Virus record (IMG/VR): IMGVR_UViG_3300021256_000067 | DNA from: an uncultured virus (IMG/VR IMGVR_UViG_3300021256_000067) | Lineage: Duplodnaviria > Heunggongvirae > Uroviricota > Caudoviricetes | DNA: 64,000 bases | Direction: 5' to 3' (one strand) | In this document: one piece after another, positions 40,447-50,508 of the stretch | How the letters are laid out: every line of letters starts with the position of its first letter | Position numbering within the stretch: position 1 is the first letter of the stretch | Notes under the pieces: generated by a model | Told to the model about the DNA's origin: nothing | What the model saw: only the letters and a program-made list of their open reading frames with translations | Databases searched by the model: none | Made by a program: the position numbers and the translations under genes

Positions 40447-41742
40447 ATGGCAGTATTTAAAGATAATGATACACGTGAAATTCTTAATTATCTTAAGAAA
40501 AGAATATCTGGGCATTACAGTGGATTGGCAAAATCTCCGAGAGCAAGCAGCTATTTTAGCGCAGATACAAAAAGAACTTTGGATACGGTTTGTGATATAT
40601 CTGTTAGTGACAGATATAAACCAAAACAATATAAAGAAAGACCACGTATTAAATTATGTAGAAGATATGGAGAGAATGTCCATGCATTCAGAGTAGAATT
40701 AAAACCGGATTTTTCAGATATATATGGAAATAATAATTTAAATTATAATGTAAATTACCTTGCATTCGCTGTTGAGAATATTACAGGGGGATGGGAAGGA
40801 GAAGTACATATATATGTTCTCCATAAAAATAAAGTTTTAAATGTCGTCAAAAATCTTTTAGAGATGGGGGCAGTCAAGAAAAAAGAAAAACCTGTTGATA
40901 AAGAAGATTTATCTAAGGGATATAAAACTGTTTTAAGCGCTCAGACAAAAGTCAAAGATGAATGGGGAAATTTTATTAATGTATATAAAAAGAATTTCGG
41001 TATAGTTTTATCTAATAAGTTCATTAAATCTGAATATATGGATAAGTTCGGTTTAGGTCTAGGAGAAGATTCCAATTTTAAAAATAATTATAAATTAGAA
41101 GAAGCTTTACTGTCTTGGAAAGATAAAAATGAAGATATGAATGATAATATTATAAAATCTTCAGATGTAAAAAATAGAATGACTTATGAATATTTTCCTA
41201 AGACGCTAGACGAACTTAGAGATAATATGATTGATATAGTTATTGATCAGGTATTATATGATGATTACGATACAAAAGAAAAACCTGTTGATTTTAATAT
41301 TATAGATACATCAAAAATAAAAAATATGTATTCTCTTTTTAATAGCGATTTTTATGATTCATTAGGAGATGTAATTCCTGAATATATAGATATATCTGGT
41401 TGGAATATGTCTAATGTTGAAAATATTGGTTATATGTTCGATGACCAAAGATGTACAGAATTAAAATATATAGGAGATATATCTAATTGGAATCTTAAAA
41501 ATATAGATATGGGTTCAGACGGTGATGACATAACAGGCCTCGAGTTTATGTTTAGTCCATTTTTAGAATCAAAATTAAATCCTGAACTTATACAATCAAT
41601 GGGAGATTTAAGAAAATGGAATAAGTATTTACAAACATCTACACAAGAACCATGGTCTAAATCAATAGATATTATTCCAGGAGGAAAATATAAAATAACT
41701 ATGACTGTTCCCTCATTTGTTTATAAAATAGAAATCGATTAA
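40447..41742 (+). CDS. Fusion protein: basic N-domain, internal leader copy, DUF285/BspA-like repeats
   Basis: ATG 40447 follows TATAAATA. Internal KNNYKLEEALLSW...IIKSSDVK, then DTSKIKNM..LF, DISGWNMSNV..MF, GDISNW. Confidence 0.7.
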   Translation: MAVFKDNDTREILNYLKKRISGHYSGLAKSPRASSYFSADTKRTLDTVCDISVSDRYKPKQYKERPRIKLCRRYGENVHAFRVELKPDFSDIYGNNNLNYNVNYLAFAVENITGGWEGEVHIYVLHKNKVLNVVKNLLEMGAVKKKEKPVDKEDLSKGYKTVLSAQTKVKDEWGNFINVYKKNFGIVLSNKFIKSEYMDKFGLGLGEDSNFKNNYKLEEALLSWKDKNEDMNDNIIKSSDVKNRMTYEYFPKTLDELRDNMIDIVIDQVLYDDYDTKEKPVDFNIIDTSKIKNMYSLFNSDFYDSLGDVIPEYIDISGWNMSNVENIGYMFDDQRCTELKYIGDISNWNLKNIDMGSDGDDITGLEFMFSPFLESKLNPELIQSMGDLRKWNKYLQTSTQEPWSKSIDIIPGGKYKITMTVPSFVYKIEID

Positions 41743-41768
41743 TATAATAATTAATAAAACTGGACAAT

Positions 41769-41787
41769 ATGGGTAGAGGAGATTACG
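41769..41787 (+). repeat. 19-bp direct repeat of the terminase 5' end (other copy 42598-42616)
   Basis: atgggtagaggagattacg occurs at both positions, flanking gene 41831-42580. Confidence 0.9.
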
Positions 41788-41830
41788 CATTTCCTACATA
41801 TTATAGAACTAAATTGATAGAATTAAAAAA

Positions 41831-42580
41831 ATGAAATATTTAAATGAAATATTGATTGAATGGAATGATTCTGATATTGAAGATAATGGAATTGTTAAAT
41901 CATCTGATGTACGGAAAAAAATATCTAATAAAAAATTATTTATTGTCAATGATATAAAATTCAATATGATCAGAATTCCTGATACAGACTGGATGATAGG
42001 AGAAACGCCTGTCACAATGGGATTATGGGAAAAAGTGGTAAGTACAGATGCCGAGAGGCATACAACCTATAGTAATCCATGGGGGATATATCGTAAGTAT
42101 GATCCATTATATCCAGTTTGTAATGTAAGTTATAATGATTGTGTATATTTTATTAATGAACTTAATTCCATTTTTGAAACTTCAAATTTTGATATAATGC
42201 CTGGATGGTTATGGGCAAAAGCATTTAAAGAAGGTGGAATAAAATTACCTGGTGAGGAGTCTGTAGATATTGCAGACGATCAAGATGAAGATTATACCGG
42301 TATGCTTGAAAAATATGGATGGTTTGGTGGTGACGGTATAGGAATTAAAGAAGTTGCAACTAAATCACCAGATAATTTAGGAATATATGATATGATCGGA
42401 AATGTATGGGAAATTTGTAGTTCAGATGATTTTAGTCCACTTTTTTTTGGTGGATCATGTGAGACAGATTTTTCGATGTTTATGTCACCTGGTTCTTATC
42501 CTTTTGTAGGATTTAAGGCACAATCAAAATATACAAGAGAAGATGATACAGGATTCAGGCTGGCATATAAAATAGAATAA
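41831..42580 (+). CDS. Leader-family protein with FGE-sulfatase (CLec-fold) domain
   Basis: MKYLNEILIEWNDSDIED leader; IGETPVT, PVCNVSYND, NLGIYDMIGNVWE, GFRLA. Confidence 0.85.
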   Translation: MKYLNEILIEWNDSDIEDNGIVKSSDVRKKISNKKLFIVNDIKFNMIRIPDTDWMIGETPVTMGLWEKVVSTDAERHTTYSNPWGIYRKYDPLYPVCNVSYNDCVYFINELNSIFETSNFDIMPGWLWAKAFKEGGIKLPGEESVDIADDQDEDYTGMLEKYGWFGGDGIGIKEVATKSPDNLGIYDMIGNVWEICSSDDFSPLFFGGSCETDFSMFMSPGSYPFVGFKAQSKYTREDDTGFRLAYKIE

Positions 42581-42597
42581 AATATATTTTACAATGT

Positions 42598-44694
42598 ATG
42601 GGTAGAGGAGATTACGGTGAAACCATGACTAATATCATGGCCAAGAAAGACGCCGAGAAAAAAGCGACAATTTATACTACAGAAAGAATCGAGTCTATAA
42701 AGAAAGACATGTCACACGGTATACAGAGTGACATGGCTCCTTTTTACCGTGGTGATCCAGATCTCAGAGATAAAGGTGTTCTATTTAAATATACAGATGA
42801 AGAGATGGCGGAACTTGTCAAATGCTCTACAGATTGTAACTATTTTGTCGAGAATTATTGTAAGTTCCTTACAGATAAAGGTCGTGTGCTTGTTAAAATC
42901 CGCGATTACCAGCATGATATGCTTAAATTAATGAGCGATGAGGTTTATGATGAAGAAATTGATGAGTTAATCTGTAAAAATAAGAATATAGTTATATGCT
43001 CTTCAAGACAATCCGGAAAAACAACAACAGTAGTCTCTTATTTCTGTTGGGTAATGTGTTTTCATAATGATAAGCAGATAGCCATTCTGGCGAATAAAGG
43101 AAAAACAGCTACGGAAATTGTAGATAAAATGCAGCAGGTTTTTAAAGGTCTGCCGTTTTTTATGAAACCCGGAATTATTTCAATGGGTAAAACAACAATG
43201 ACATTAGAAAACGGATCTTATATAATGTCCGCAACTACCAACCCGACATCTATTACAGGTCAGTCTGTAAATCTTTTGTACTTAGATGAGCTTGCGCATC
43301 TTCCAGAAGGTTTGGCAACTGATTTCTGGAGATCTGCATATCCTACCCTTGCGTCATTTAAGAATTCACAGATTCTTATAACATCTACGCCAAAAGGAAA
43401 TACTAATTTATTTTTCAGAATATATGATGGTGCTGTAAAAGGGGAAAATGGTTTTATACCTTATAGAGTCGATTGGTATCAAGTTCCCGGAAGGGACGAG
43501 GAATGGGAAAAACGAACAAGGAAAGAATTTGGAGATGAGAATTTTGATCAGGAATTCGGATTGCAATTTGAAGTAGAATCTTCTAAATTAATAAAAGCAA
43601 AAGATATTAAATTTTTAAGTAGATTACGTAAAACCTTTATAACCAGAGATTTAAATAATATGGATAAAATCCTATCCGACAAAACTTATTGGAGACCGGA
43701 TTTTGATCCTGATTCATTAACCAATGATGATCTGAAGAAAAGGTTTTTTGTATTCATGGTCGATACGGCAGAAGGAAAAGAAGGAGAATTTAAAGGCAAG
43801 AAAGATTCTGATTGGAATATAATCAATATATTCGAATTATCCTTAATGTCTCCATTAAGAATATTAAAGAATAAAATCGCGAAGAATATAACATTAAAAG
43901 ATTGTGTAAGATTTACACAGGTAGGTTTATATATGGACAATGAATCTGATGAGGAATTCATGTCAGAGGCGTTAAAGGCTTTATGCTTCAATGTATTTAA
44001 ATGCGGTACAGGGGATATAGATAATGTACGTATTATGCTTGAGATGAATTTTAACGGTAAGAATGTCATTAATTTATTTAAATCTGCTTATAATTTTTAT
44101 GATGATGTAGTTGTTAAAACCCATCATACGCAACCTATTCCAGGACAGAAATTAAAAAAGAAATTCGGATATAAAACCACGGGAGGAAAACATGGAAAAG
44201 GTTACTGGTGTGAAATAGCCGCTAAAATGATTTCAAAAAGACAGATAATTACATATCAGTTCGATGAAAATCCCAATAGGAGTACATTCAGTCAATTACA
44301 GAATTTCGGTAAAAAAGAAAATGGATCATATGAAGGTTCCTGCATGCATGACGATATAGCAGTAACCGTTTTATTCTTGCCGAGATTTCTGATGGAGCCT
44401 GAAAACATAGAATGGATAGAAGAATGGATTTCTCTTCATATAAATGAAAAATCAATAGAAAAGGTATTGCAGCTATTAAAGATATACGCGGATGATGAAT
44501 TCAGCCTTAATGATTCAGAGTTTACTAAATTATATTCTAATAGAAATAGTCAAAATCAAACAGGTTATCCACAGCAGATGAGACAGGGATCATATCTTTC
44601 AAATATATCAAAACCTTCTGAAATATCTTATACTTCCATTATGAAGCAGAATCAGAATTTCGCTATACCTCCTGGATTTAGAAAACAATTCTAA
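42598..44694 (+). CDS. Terminase large subunit (T4 gp17-like)
   Basis: RDYQ, SRQSGKTT, LYLDE, TSTPKG, VDWYQVPGRDE, nuclease VDTAEG...HDD. Confidence 0.93.
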   Translation: MGRGDYGETMTNIMAKKDAEKKATIYTTERIESIKKDMSHGIQSDMAPFYRGDPDLRDKGVLFKYTDEEMAELVKCSTDCNYFVENYCKFLTDKGRVLVKIRDYQHDMLKLMSDEVYDEEIDELICKNKNIVICSSRQSGKTTTVVSYFCWVMCFHNDKQIAILANKGKTATEIVDKMQQVFKGLPFFMKPGIISMGKTTMTLENGSYIMSATTNPTSITGQSVNLLYLDELAHLPEGLATDFWRSAYPTLASFKNSQILITSTPKGNTNLFFRIYDGAVKGENGFIPYRVDWYQVPGRDEEWEKRTRKEFGDENFDQEFGLQFEVESSKLIKAKDIKFLSRLRKTFITRDLNNMDKILSDKTYWRPDFDPDSLTNDDLKKRFFVFMVDTAEGKEGEFKGKKDSDWNIINIFELSLMSPLRILKNKIAKNITLKDCVRFTQVGLYMDNESDEEFMSEALKALCFNVFKCGTGDIDNVRIMLEMNFNGKNVINLFKSAYNFYDDVVVKTHHTQPIPGQKLKKKFGYKTTGGKHGKGYWCEIAAKMISKRQIITYQFDENPNRSTFSQLQNFGKKENGSYEGSCMHDDIAVTVLFLPRFLMEPENIEWIEEWISLHINEKSIEKVLQLLKIYADDEFSLNDSEFTKLYSNRNSQNQTGYPQQMRQGSYLSNISKPSEISYTSIMKQNQNFAIPPGFRKQF

Positions 44695-44731
44695 AAATAA
44701 ATATAAAAAATATTTCTCAGTTTTTAATATA

Positions 44732-46588
44732 ATGGCCAATACATTTCAAATTCAACGTTTAAAAAAGACGTCTAATAAACTGAAAACACAAGGGTTAGAT
44801 ATTCTTGGTGACAGTTTAAATAATCTTTCATTTATATATAATACAGGTGAGAATTCATTTGGATCATATATACATGCAGGTGATGGTGTGTATATCGGCA
44901 AGAATCCTGTAGTTAATAATACAAAGGCTTGGTATACTACAGATTTGGAAAAATCTTATGAATATAACTACTTTAATTACACTACTGCCGGAATGCCTGG
45001 TGTACAACCTCCTCGCAATGCGACTATTACAGATACTGGTGTTCTTCATTTGGTTATGCCATCTGAAAGTACAGGATCTATATATACCCGTTTGAGTTTC
45101 CGTTCATTGGCAGACGCGTCTACTACTTTCGGTGATGTCAATAAAATTATAAAATGGGGCTTGACAGATGAGGGTGGAACTGAACCTCCTACAGAAATCC
45201 ATGATTGGATGGAAGAGCATCCTGGAGATGTTACAATGGATGCATCATTCACTATGTATTATACAGAAGATGGTTCAATTATAAATAAAAACGTTTATGT
45301 AGCATATACTAATGACGCGTCTATAGGTTCTGAAATACTTTCAACAGAAACAACAAATGACGCGGATGAAGATGCATCATTAAGCTCAAGAATCAGAAAT
45401 TCAATAGTAAATGTAAATTCATTGAAAAGTCAACAAATCGGATTTGCGAATGTCTGGATTAAGGCCATGACCAATGCATATACGGGTGTTATTTCTAATA
45501 TTTCATGGGCAAGAAATGATCCTAGTTGGGGAGGCGGTGCCGGAACTACATGGTTATATGGAGCTCCAAAAAGAGATCAAGAAGAAATATTATTTGGTGA
45601 TGGACCAGGTGCAGCTCAAAATGTAAAGCCATCAATTAAACCCAGTGCACAATCATGGGGAGAGGTCACTGATGCTTCAATGTCAAAAATTAAAGATGAA
45701 TATATTGCCGTCGATGAATTGGATGCATCATATGTAGAAGATCACGGAGATATAACAGAAGTTGTATATCAGGATTTATTCAATAAAGATGTTTCAACAA
45801 TGACATCAACACATATTGAATATACCGGCCCTACAATGAATATTGACCAACGTATATGGAGATCTGATACAGAATGGTCACAAGAATCAGAACCAGTTGT
45901 TAATGTTGCAGATGCTGTAGTCGTTGAAGAATATACTCCTACAAATGTTTGGGATGAAATTAATTACAGATTTAAAATCATTAATGAAAACTTCCGTATA
46001 TTAGCAAATGATATTGATCAATCTAATATCATGATTATGGAAGATACTGTAGGTACTCTTATCCCGGCTATTGTCACTACAACCAATAAACAGATTTCAG
46101 TGCTTGATATAAGTGTTGCTTCTCTTGATTCAAGTGTTGCAACTATGGGAGATTTAGTAACAGGTCATGATGCAAGCATCGTAAGCCAAGATACAAGAAT
46201 CAATACACATGATTCAAGTATTGCAGTTCTTGATCATAGTTTTATAGCACTTGATGCAAGTGTTCAAAGAGTTGATATATCAATCGGCTGGAATGATATA
46301 TCTAATCAAGTATTATTCACAGGCGGATTAAATCCAGAAAGAGCACATAATACAGTTATAAGTTACCTGCAAGCTTATGCCGATAATGCTGCGTCAACGG
46401 CGGCTACAGGTGTAGATATGTCTAATTATGTTGATACTAGTACATTTACCGCAACATTAAATAATTATGTCGATACAAGTACATTAAATACTACATTGGA
46501 GAATTATGTTGACGCCAGCACATTAGAAGAAACATTGGATAATTATTTTAATACACAATTTACTATAATAGATTTAGATGAAGAATAA
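44732..46588 (+). CDS. Putative virion structural protein, D-x-S rich
   Basis: Late box 44696-44703; heptad-like D-x-S C-terminal region and NYVDTST repeats. Confidence 0.6.
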   Translation: MANTFQIQRLKKTSNKLKTQGLDILGDSLNNLSFIYNTGENSFGSYIHAGDGVYIGKNPVVNNTKAWYTTDLEKSYEYNYFNYTTAGMPGVQPPRNATITDTGVLHLVMPSESTGSIYTRLSFRSLADASTTFGDVNKIIKWGLTDEGGTEPPTEIHDWMEEHPGDVTMDASFTMYYTEDGSIINKNVYVAYTNDASIGSEILSTETTNDADEDASLSSRIRNSIVNVNSLKSQQIGFANVWIKAMTNAYTGVISNISWARNDPSWGGGAGTTWLYGAPKRDQEEILFGDGPGAAQNVKPSIKPSAQSWGEVTDASMSKIKDEYIAVDELDASYVEDHGDITEVVYQDLFNKDVSTMTSTHIEYTGPTMNIDQRIWRSDTEWSQESEPVVNVADAVVVEEYTPTNVWDEINYRFKIINENFRILANDIDQSNIMIMEDTVGTLIPAIVTTTNKQISVLDISVASLDSSVATMGDLVTGHDASIVSQDTRINTHDSSIAVLDHSFIALDASVQRVDISIGWNDISNQVLFTGGLNPERAHNTVISYLQAYADNAASTAATGVDMSNYVDTSTFTATLNNYVDTSTLNTTLENYVDASTLEETLDNYFNTQFTIIDLDEE

Positions 46589-47375
46589 TTATAAATTAAA
46601 TGAAGTTTTAATTGATTGGAATAATGATAATGTGCCCGATGATTCGGGCATATTATCAACTAATAAAATATCTAATACATTAGATTTGCCGCTATTCCTC
46701 AGAAGAATGAAAAAATACGGATTAACAGAACAATTCTGGAATAATTGGGTATTTAATGAAGTCGATAAAGACGAAGGTAAATCTTCTGCTCAAACATTTG
46801 TAGAAGTTATTGAAGAGATAATTCTTGAAAATACAGAAATGTGGAATGGGCTTGTGGTCGAAGATAATACTTCAGAAGCATTATCAGATCATCTTTCAGA
46901 TATATATGAACTTGTAAATACTGTTATTAATAAGTATAATATTAATTTCAGTGATGAAGATGATTACATATTTGTTTCTTCAAATGAAGATATGTGTGAG
47001 ACACTGTGCTGTACTTCAATGGCTGAGGTATTAGAAAATGTTGCTGTTAAAATAGATCGTAAAGAAATAAAAGCCAAGGAAATATTAAGTATCGGTCTTT
47101 ATTATAATTATGATTTATCTCTCAAAAATCAGGGAACTCAAATTATATCATGGGAAGAAGATGAACCGGAAATCTATTATATAGAAGATATTGAATTATG
47201 GTCATTGGGCAATGGAGAATGCTTTATTATGGAAGTGCCTAATTTATATTACTATAATGCTGATTCTGCTGATTCGCCAGATTTTAGAGGTGAATATTTC
47301 TATGCTGTGATGTTCCCTAAAAAATATAAAGAGATTTTAGAGAAACTTCCCGATTATATAGAAGGAAATGAATAA
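46578..47375 (+). CDS. Leader-family acidic protein
   Basis: MKNNYKLNEVLIDWNND...GILSTNKI. Confidence 0.75.
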   Translation: MKNNYKLNEVLIDWNNDNVPDDSGILSTNKISNTLDLPLFLRRMKKYGLTEQFWNNWVFNEVDKDEGKSSAQTFVEVIEEIILENTEMWNGLVVEDNTSEALSDHLSDIYELVNTVINKYNINFSDEDDYIFVSSNEDMCETLCCTSMAEVLENVAVKIDRKEIKAKEILSIGLYYNYDLSLKNQGTQIISWEEDEPEIYYIEDIELWSLGNGECFIMEVPNLYYYNADSADSPDFRGEYFYAVMFPKKYKEILEKLPDYIEGNE

Positions 47376-47945
47376 TCAGATAAAATCAAACAGACATATG
47401 ACATCATCATTATAAGAAGAGGCTTTTTCTAAGTCTCTTTTCTTATTAAAGAATGAATACAGCCATGGCCATATTTTACCGTACCATGATTTCATACTCC
47501 CTACAAATTGTTCTACCAAGGGATGGAATCCGAAATCATAAAGTTCTTTCCAATCATATTTTCTTCTGCCTCCAAAGAAAATTAAAGACGGCGAATATCT
47601 TTCTTTGACATTTTTACAGAATTTTATGAATTCATCTTCAGATTCCTTGTTATATTTAGAAATCTCAAGAATAATTCTTATATAAATTTTTGTATTGTTC
47701 AATACAGCCAATGCATTAAATTTATTCAAAACTTCTTCCCATGTATGTCTTGATGTTTCATATAAACCATGAGCAAATATCCATCGGTTATTTTTTCGTT
47801 TTACACGTAAATCAAAACACCTGTATCCTTCTCCATATTGTTCAATTATTGTTTTTGACTGGCATTTATATATCCATTTAAATAAATTTATTATTTTATT
47901 GTCTGGATCAAGATATGTCATTGTATTATGTGATCCTTTAATCAT
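47376..47945 (-). CDS. PI-specific phospholipase C X-domain-like protein
   Basis: GSHNTM, CQ..TI.EQ, GYRCFDLRV, FAHG. ATG 47945 lies downstream of minus-strand TATAAATA (47981-47988). Confidence 0.75.
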   Translation of the reverse strand: MIKGSHNTMTYLDPDNKIINLFKWIYKCQSKTIIEQYGEGYRCFDLRVKRKNNRWIFAHGLYETSRHTWEEVLNKFNALAVLNNTKIYIRIILEISKYNKESEDEFIKFCKNVKERYSPSLIFFGGRRKYDWKELYDFGFHPLVEQFVGSMKSWYGKIWPWLYSFFNKKRDLEKASSYNDDVICLFDFI

Positions 47946-48027
47946 AGAAAAATGTGAATTTATTTTAAAAAAATTTATATTATTTATAAAAAATGTTAAA
48001 ATACTTTTCATTTACAGAAATAAACAG

Positions 48028-48035
48028 TATATTTG
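48028..48035 (+). promoter_or_regulatory. Bacteroidota -7 promoter element
   Basis: TATATTTG upstream of DHFR. Confidence 0.5.
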
Positions 48036-48071
48036 CAATAATAATCGTAAATATTAAAAATACTGAGGTTT

Positions 48072-48572
48072 ATGTACAATAATAAAAAAATTACATTAAT
48101 AGCTTGTGTCGATAAAGATTACGCAATCGGTTACAAAAATAACTTATTATTCAGAATTCCAGATGATTTAAAGAGATTCAAGAAATTGACAACCGGAAAT
48201 ACCGTAATAATGGGCAGGAATACTTATGAATCCATAGGTAAACCATTACCTGACAGACAAAATATTATATTAACTCACCAGACAGATTTAAAAGTTCCTA
48301 ATGAAGTTTATATAGCTAATAATATAGAAGAAGCTGTTAATCTCGCGGAACATAATATTTTTGTGATAGGTGGCGAATCAATATATCGTCAGTTTTTTGA
48401 ATATGCTGACGAATTACTGCTTACAGAAGTTGACGGTAAAGTTCCCGACGCCGATGCATTTTTTCCTGAATTTAATAACAATAAAAAGAAAAAATATTGG
48501 GATTTAATAAAATCAGAAAAAATAACTGAATGGTGTACAATAAGTTATAATACATATATTCGTAATAAATAA
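48072..48572 (+). CDS. folA: Dihydrofolate reductase
   Basis: AIG..N.L, DLKRFK, VIMGRNTYESI, PLPDRQNI, VIGGESIY, DAFFP. Confidence 0.95.
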   Translation: MYNNKKITLIACVDKDYAIGYKNNLLFRIPDDLKRFKKLTTGNTVIMGRNTYESIGKPLPDRQNIILTHQTDLKVPNEVYIANNIEEAVNLAEHNIFVIGGESIYRQFFEYADELLLTEVDGKVPDADAFFPEFNNNKKKKYWDLIKSEKITEWCTISYNTYIRNK

Positions 48573-48612
48573 TTGTTAACTAATAAAATAAATATAAAAA
48601 AGATATATCTAA

Positions 48613-49401
48613 ATGGTTCCTTCAGATCAAATTTTAAATAAAATTTTAATTTCTTGGGGAGAAGATCAATCATCTGGTAATAATCCATCTGGTTTAATTT
48701 CAAAAGATTCTATTAAAGATAAATTAAGTAACATTTATAAAATAGATGTTTATAAACATATATATGAACAGCAGGAAAATTTGGTACTGTTATTAGCCGG
48801 AAAAAATAGGATGATAAGAATCAGAAGGAATTACGGATATATTGATGAGGATTTCGGATATTGGCTTATGGATACAGAAGAAGCCTATCGATTATATGAC
48901 GAAATTAAAGATGAACTTATATATTTTTCTAAGAATAAAGATAAGTTTTTGCGGGGACTAATGGATAAGATTGGATTCCCAGAAGATTTTAAATATTTCG
49001 ATTTTGATTCATGGGATGATTTTATTTTTATATTCGCGACCAGAAATATATTTATAGACTTTACAGTTCATGATAAAGAATATAAAGACGAAAATTATAA
49101 TTATAAAGGAAAATTAATAGATATACCGGGAGGAATATCAGATGCACTCTTTTGGGATTTCAGGATATTCTTTCAAAGTATAAAAAGAGAGTGGCTAATA
49201 GATGAGGCATTTTCATGTTTTACGAATGAGATTGTAAATGTAGGAGAGCCTAAAACCGTAAAATTAAAAAATGGGGATAATATAAATTTTTCATATGGGA
49301 AACCTCATGGACCATATTATGGACCATATTATGAATTATTAAACCAGAATGAAGGAGGTTGTCTTATGGATATGATTAAATATGTTAAGACAATAAAATA
49401 A
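48613..49401 (+). CDS. Leader-family protein (paralogue group A)
   Basis: ILNKILISW...GLIS; late box 48587-48594; shares MDTEEAY..YD and FFQSIK with its neighbours. Confidence 0.75.
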   Translation: MVPSDQILNKILISWGEDQSSGNNPSGLISKDSIKDKLSNIYKIDVYKHIYEQQENLVLLLAGKNRMIRIRRNYGYIDEDFGYWLMDTEEAYRLYDEIKDELIYFSKNKDKFLRGLMDKIGFPEDFKYFDFDSWDDFIFIFATRNIFIDFTVHDKEYKDENYNYKGKLIDIPGGISDALFWDFRIFFQSIKREWLIDEAFSCFTNEIVNVGEPKTVKLKNGDNINFSYGKPHGPYYGPYYELLNQNEGGCLMDMIKYVKTIK

Positions 49402-49429
49402 ATATAACAGATTAAATAAAAGTAGTTTT

Positions 49430-49690
49430 ATGTCACAGATATATAAAAAATTAATGGAAGCTGTAAATGATCCATATTGGGATGATGAAGAACAGCCAAA
49501 ATATACATTAGTCGGAGTAGACGGTAATGTATTCGCGGTTATAGGATATGTTGTTAACTGCATGAAAAAAGAAAAAATGCCACCTGAAAGCATAGAGACA
49601 TTTAAGAATAATTGTTTGAAGACAGGCAAGAATTATTATGAGATTATCGCATATGCAGATGAAACTATACAAGCTTTAAATAATCTATAA
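49430..49690 (+). CDS. Small conserved phage protein
   Basis: LVGVDGNVFAVIGYV motif; late box 49397-49404. Confidence 0.65.
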   Translation: MSQIYKKLMEAVNDPYWDDEEQPKYTLVGVDGNVFAVIGYVVNCMKKEKMPPESIETFKNNCLKTGKNYYEIIAYADETIQALNNL

Positions 49691-50508
49691 TGCCTATTAA
49701 TACAGATATATTAAATAAACTCTTGATTACTTGGGATAATGAACCAGATAAATCAACCGGATTGATTAATGTGAATCCGGATGATTTTAATTATAAATTT
49801 ATTGTTTATTATACCCCTGTGGGCAATAAAAATCTAGGTATAACCCCTATAATCCATCGTGATGTTACAACTTATTGGGACAGAAATAGTCTTTTCTTAA
49901 AAAAATATGGTAGGTATATATACATGGATACAGAGGAAGCATATAAATTATATGACATAATTGTATCTAGAATAAAATGGTTATATGAATCAGAAGAGCG
50001 GCTTAAATCTGTAATTGATGGTTTAAATAATATTGCCGGAATAAAAAGTGATTTTTTTGATACATACGGAACAGGAATTTTTACATATGAGAATGCTCTT
50101 TGGAAAGATGGATGGGATGCGTTTGTATTTCTTTTCGCGGTTCAAGATATTTTTATCGAGATTGATTATAACGGAGAAAAAATATACAGCGGTAAAATTG
50201 CTGATTTAACTGATAATGAGGGTTTACAGTTTTTCGGCAGGTTTTTACAGAGTATACGTGAAAATAGTCTGGCGACAATTCAATTTCCTGAAGGATTTGC
50301 ATGGTATATAATTTCTACAGAATCTACAATATCAACACAGGATTTAATACATAAGATAGAAAGCGTATATAAATTTTCAATAAATCATGATAAATTCACG
50401 ACTGCAGTTCCATGGCCTTCAAAATATCCCGATGAAATCAACAAACTTGAATTGTGGAAAGTTTTAAAATCCTATGCATTAAAAATATATAATAAATTTA
50501 AAAGATGA
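49690..50508 (+). CDS. Leader-family protein (paralogue group A)
   Basis: ILNKLLITWDN...GLINVN; MDTEEAYKLYD; FGRFLQSIRE. Confidence 0.75.
   Translation: MPINTDILNKLLITWDNEPDKSTGLINVNPDDFNYKFIVYYTPVGNKNLGITPIIHRDVTTYWDRNSLFLKKYGRYIYMDTEEAYKLYDIIVSRIKWLYESEERLKSVIDGLNNIAGIKSDFFDTYGTGIFTYENALWKDGWDAFVFLFAVQDIFIEIDYNGEKIYSGKIADLTDNEGLQFFGRFLQSIRENSLATIQFPEGFAWYIISTESTISTQDLIHKIESVYKFSINHDKFTTAVPWPSKYPDEINKLELWKVLKSYALKIYNKFKR

Noticed and set aside
30454..42580. Diversity-generating retroelement targeting the DLGLPSG or FGE-sulfatase domains
   Set aside because: These folds are known DGR targets, but I found no reverse transcriptase and no TR/VR pair differing at adenines in this window. Elements elsewhere in the genome cannot be excluded.
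42598..44694. Intein or intron in the terminase (also checked polymerase and helicases)
   Set aside because: No intein termini or LAGLIDADG/HNH motifs were recognised, and the conserved motifs are contiguous.
49430..49690. Counting this small gene as a leader-family member (IYKKLMEAVNDPYW)
   Set aside because: The resemblance is too weak; it lacks the IL-I-x-W spacing.
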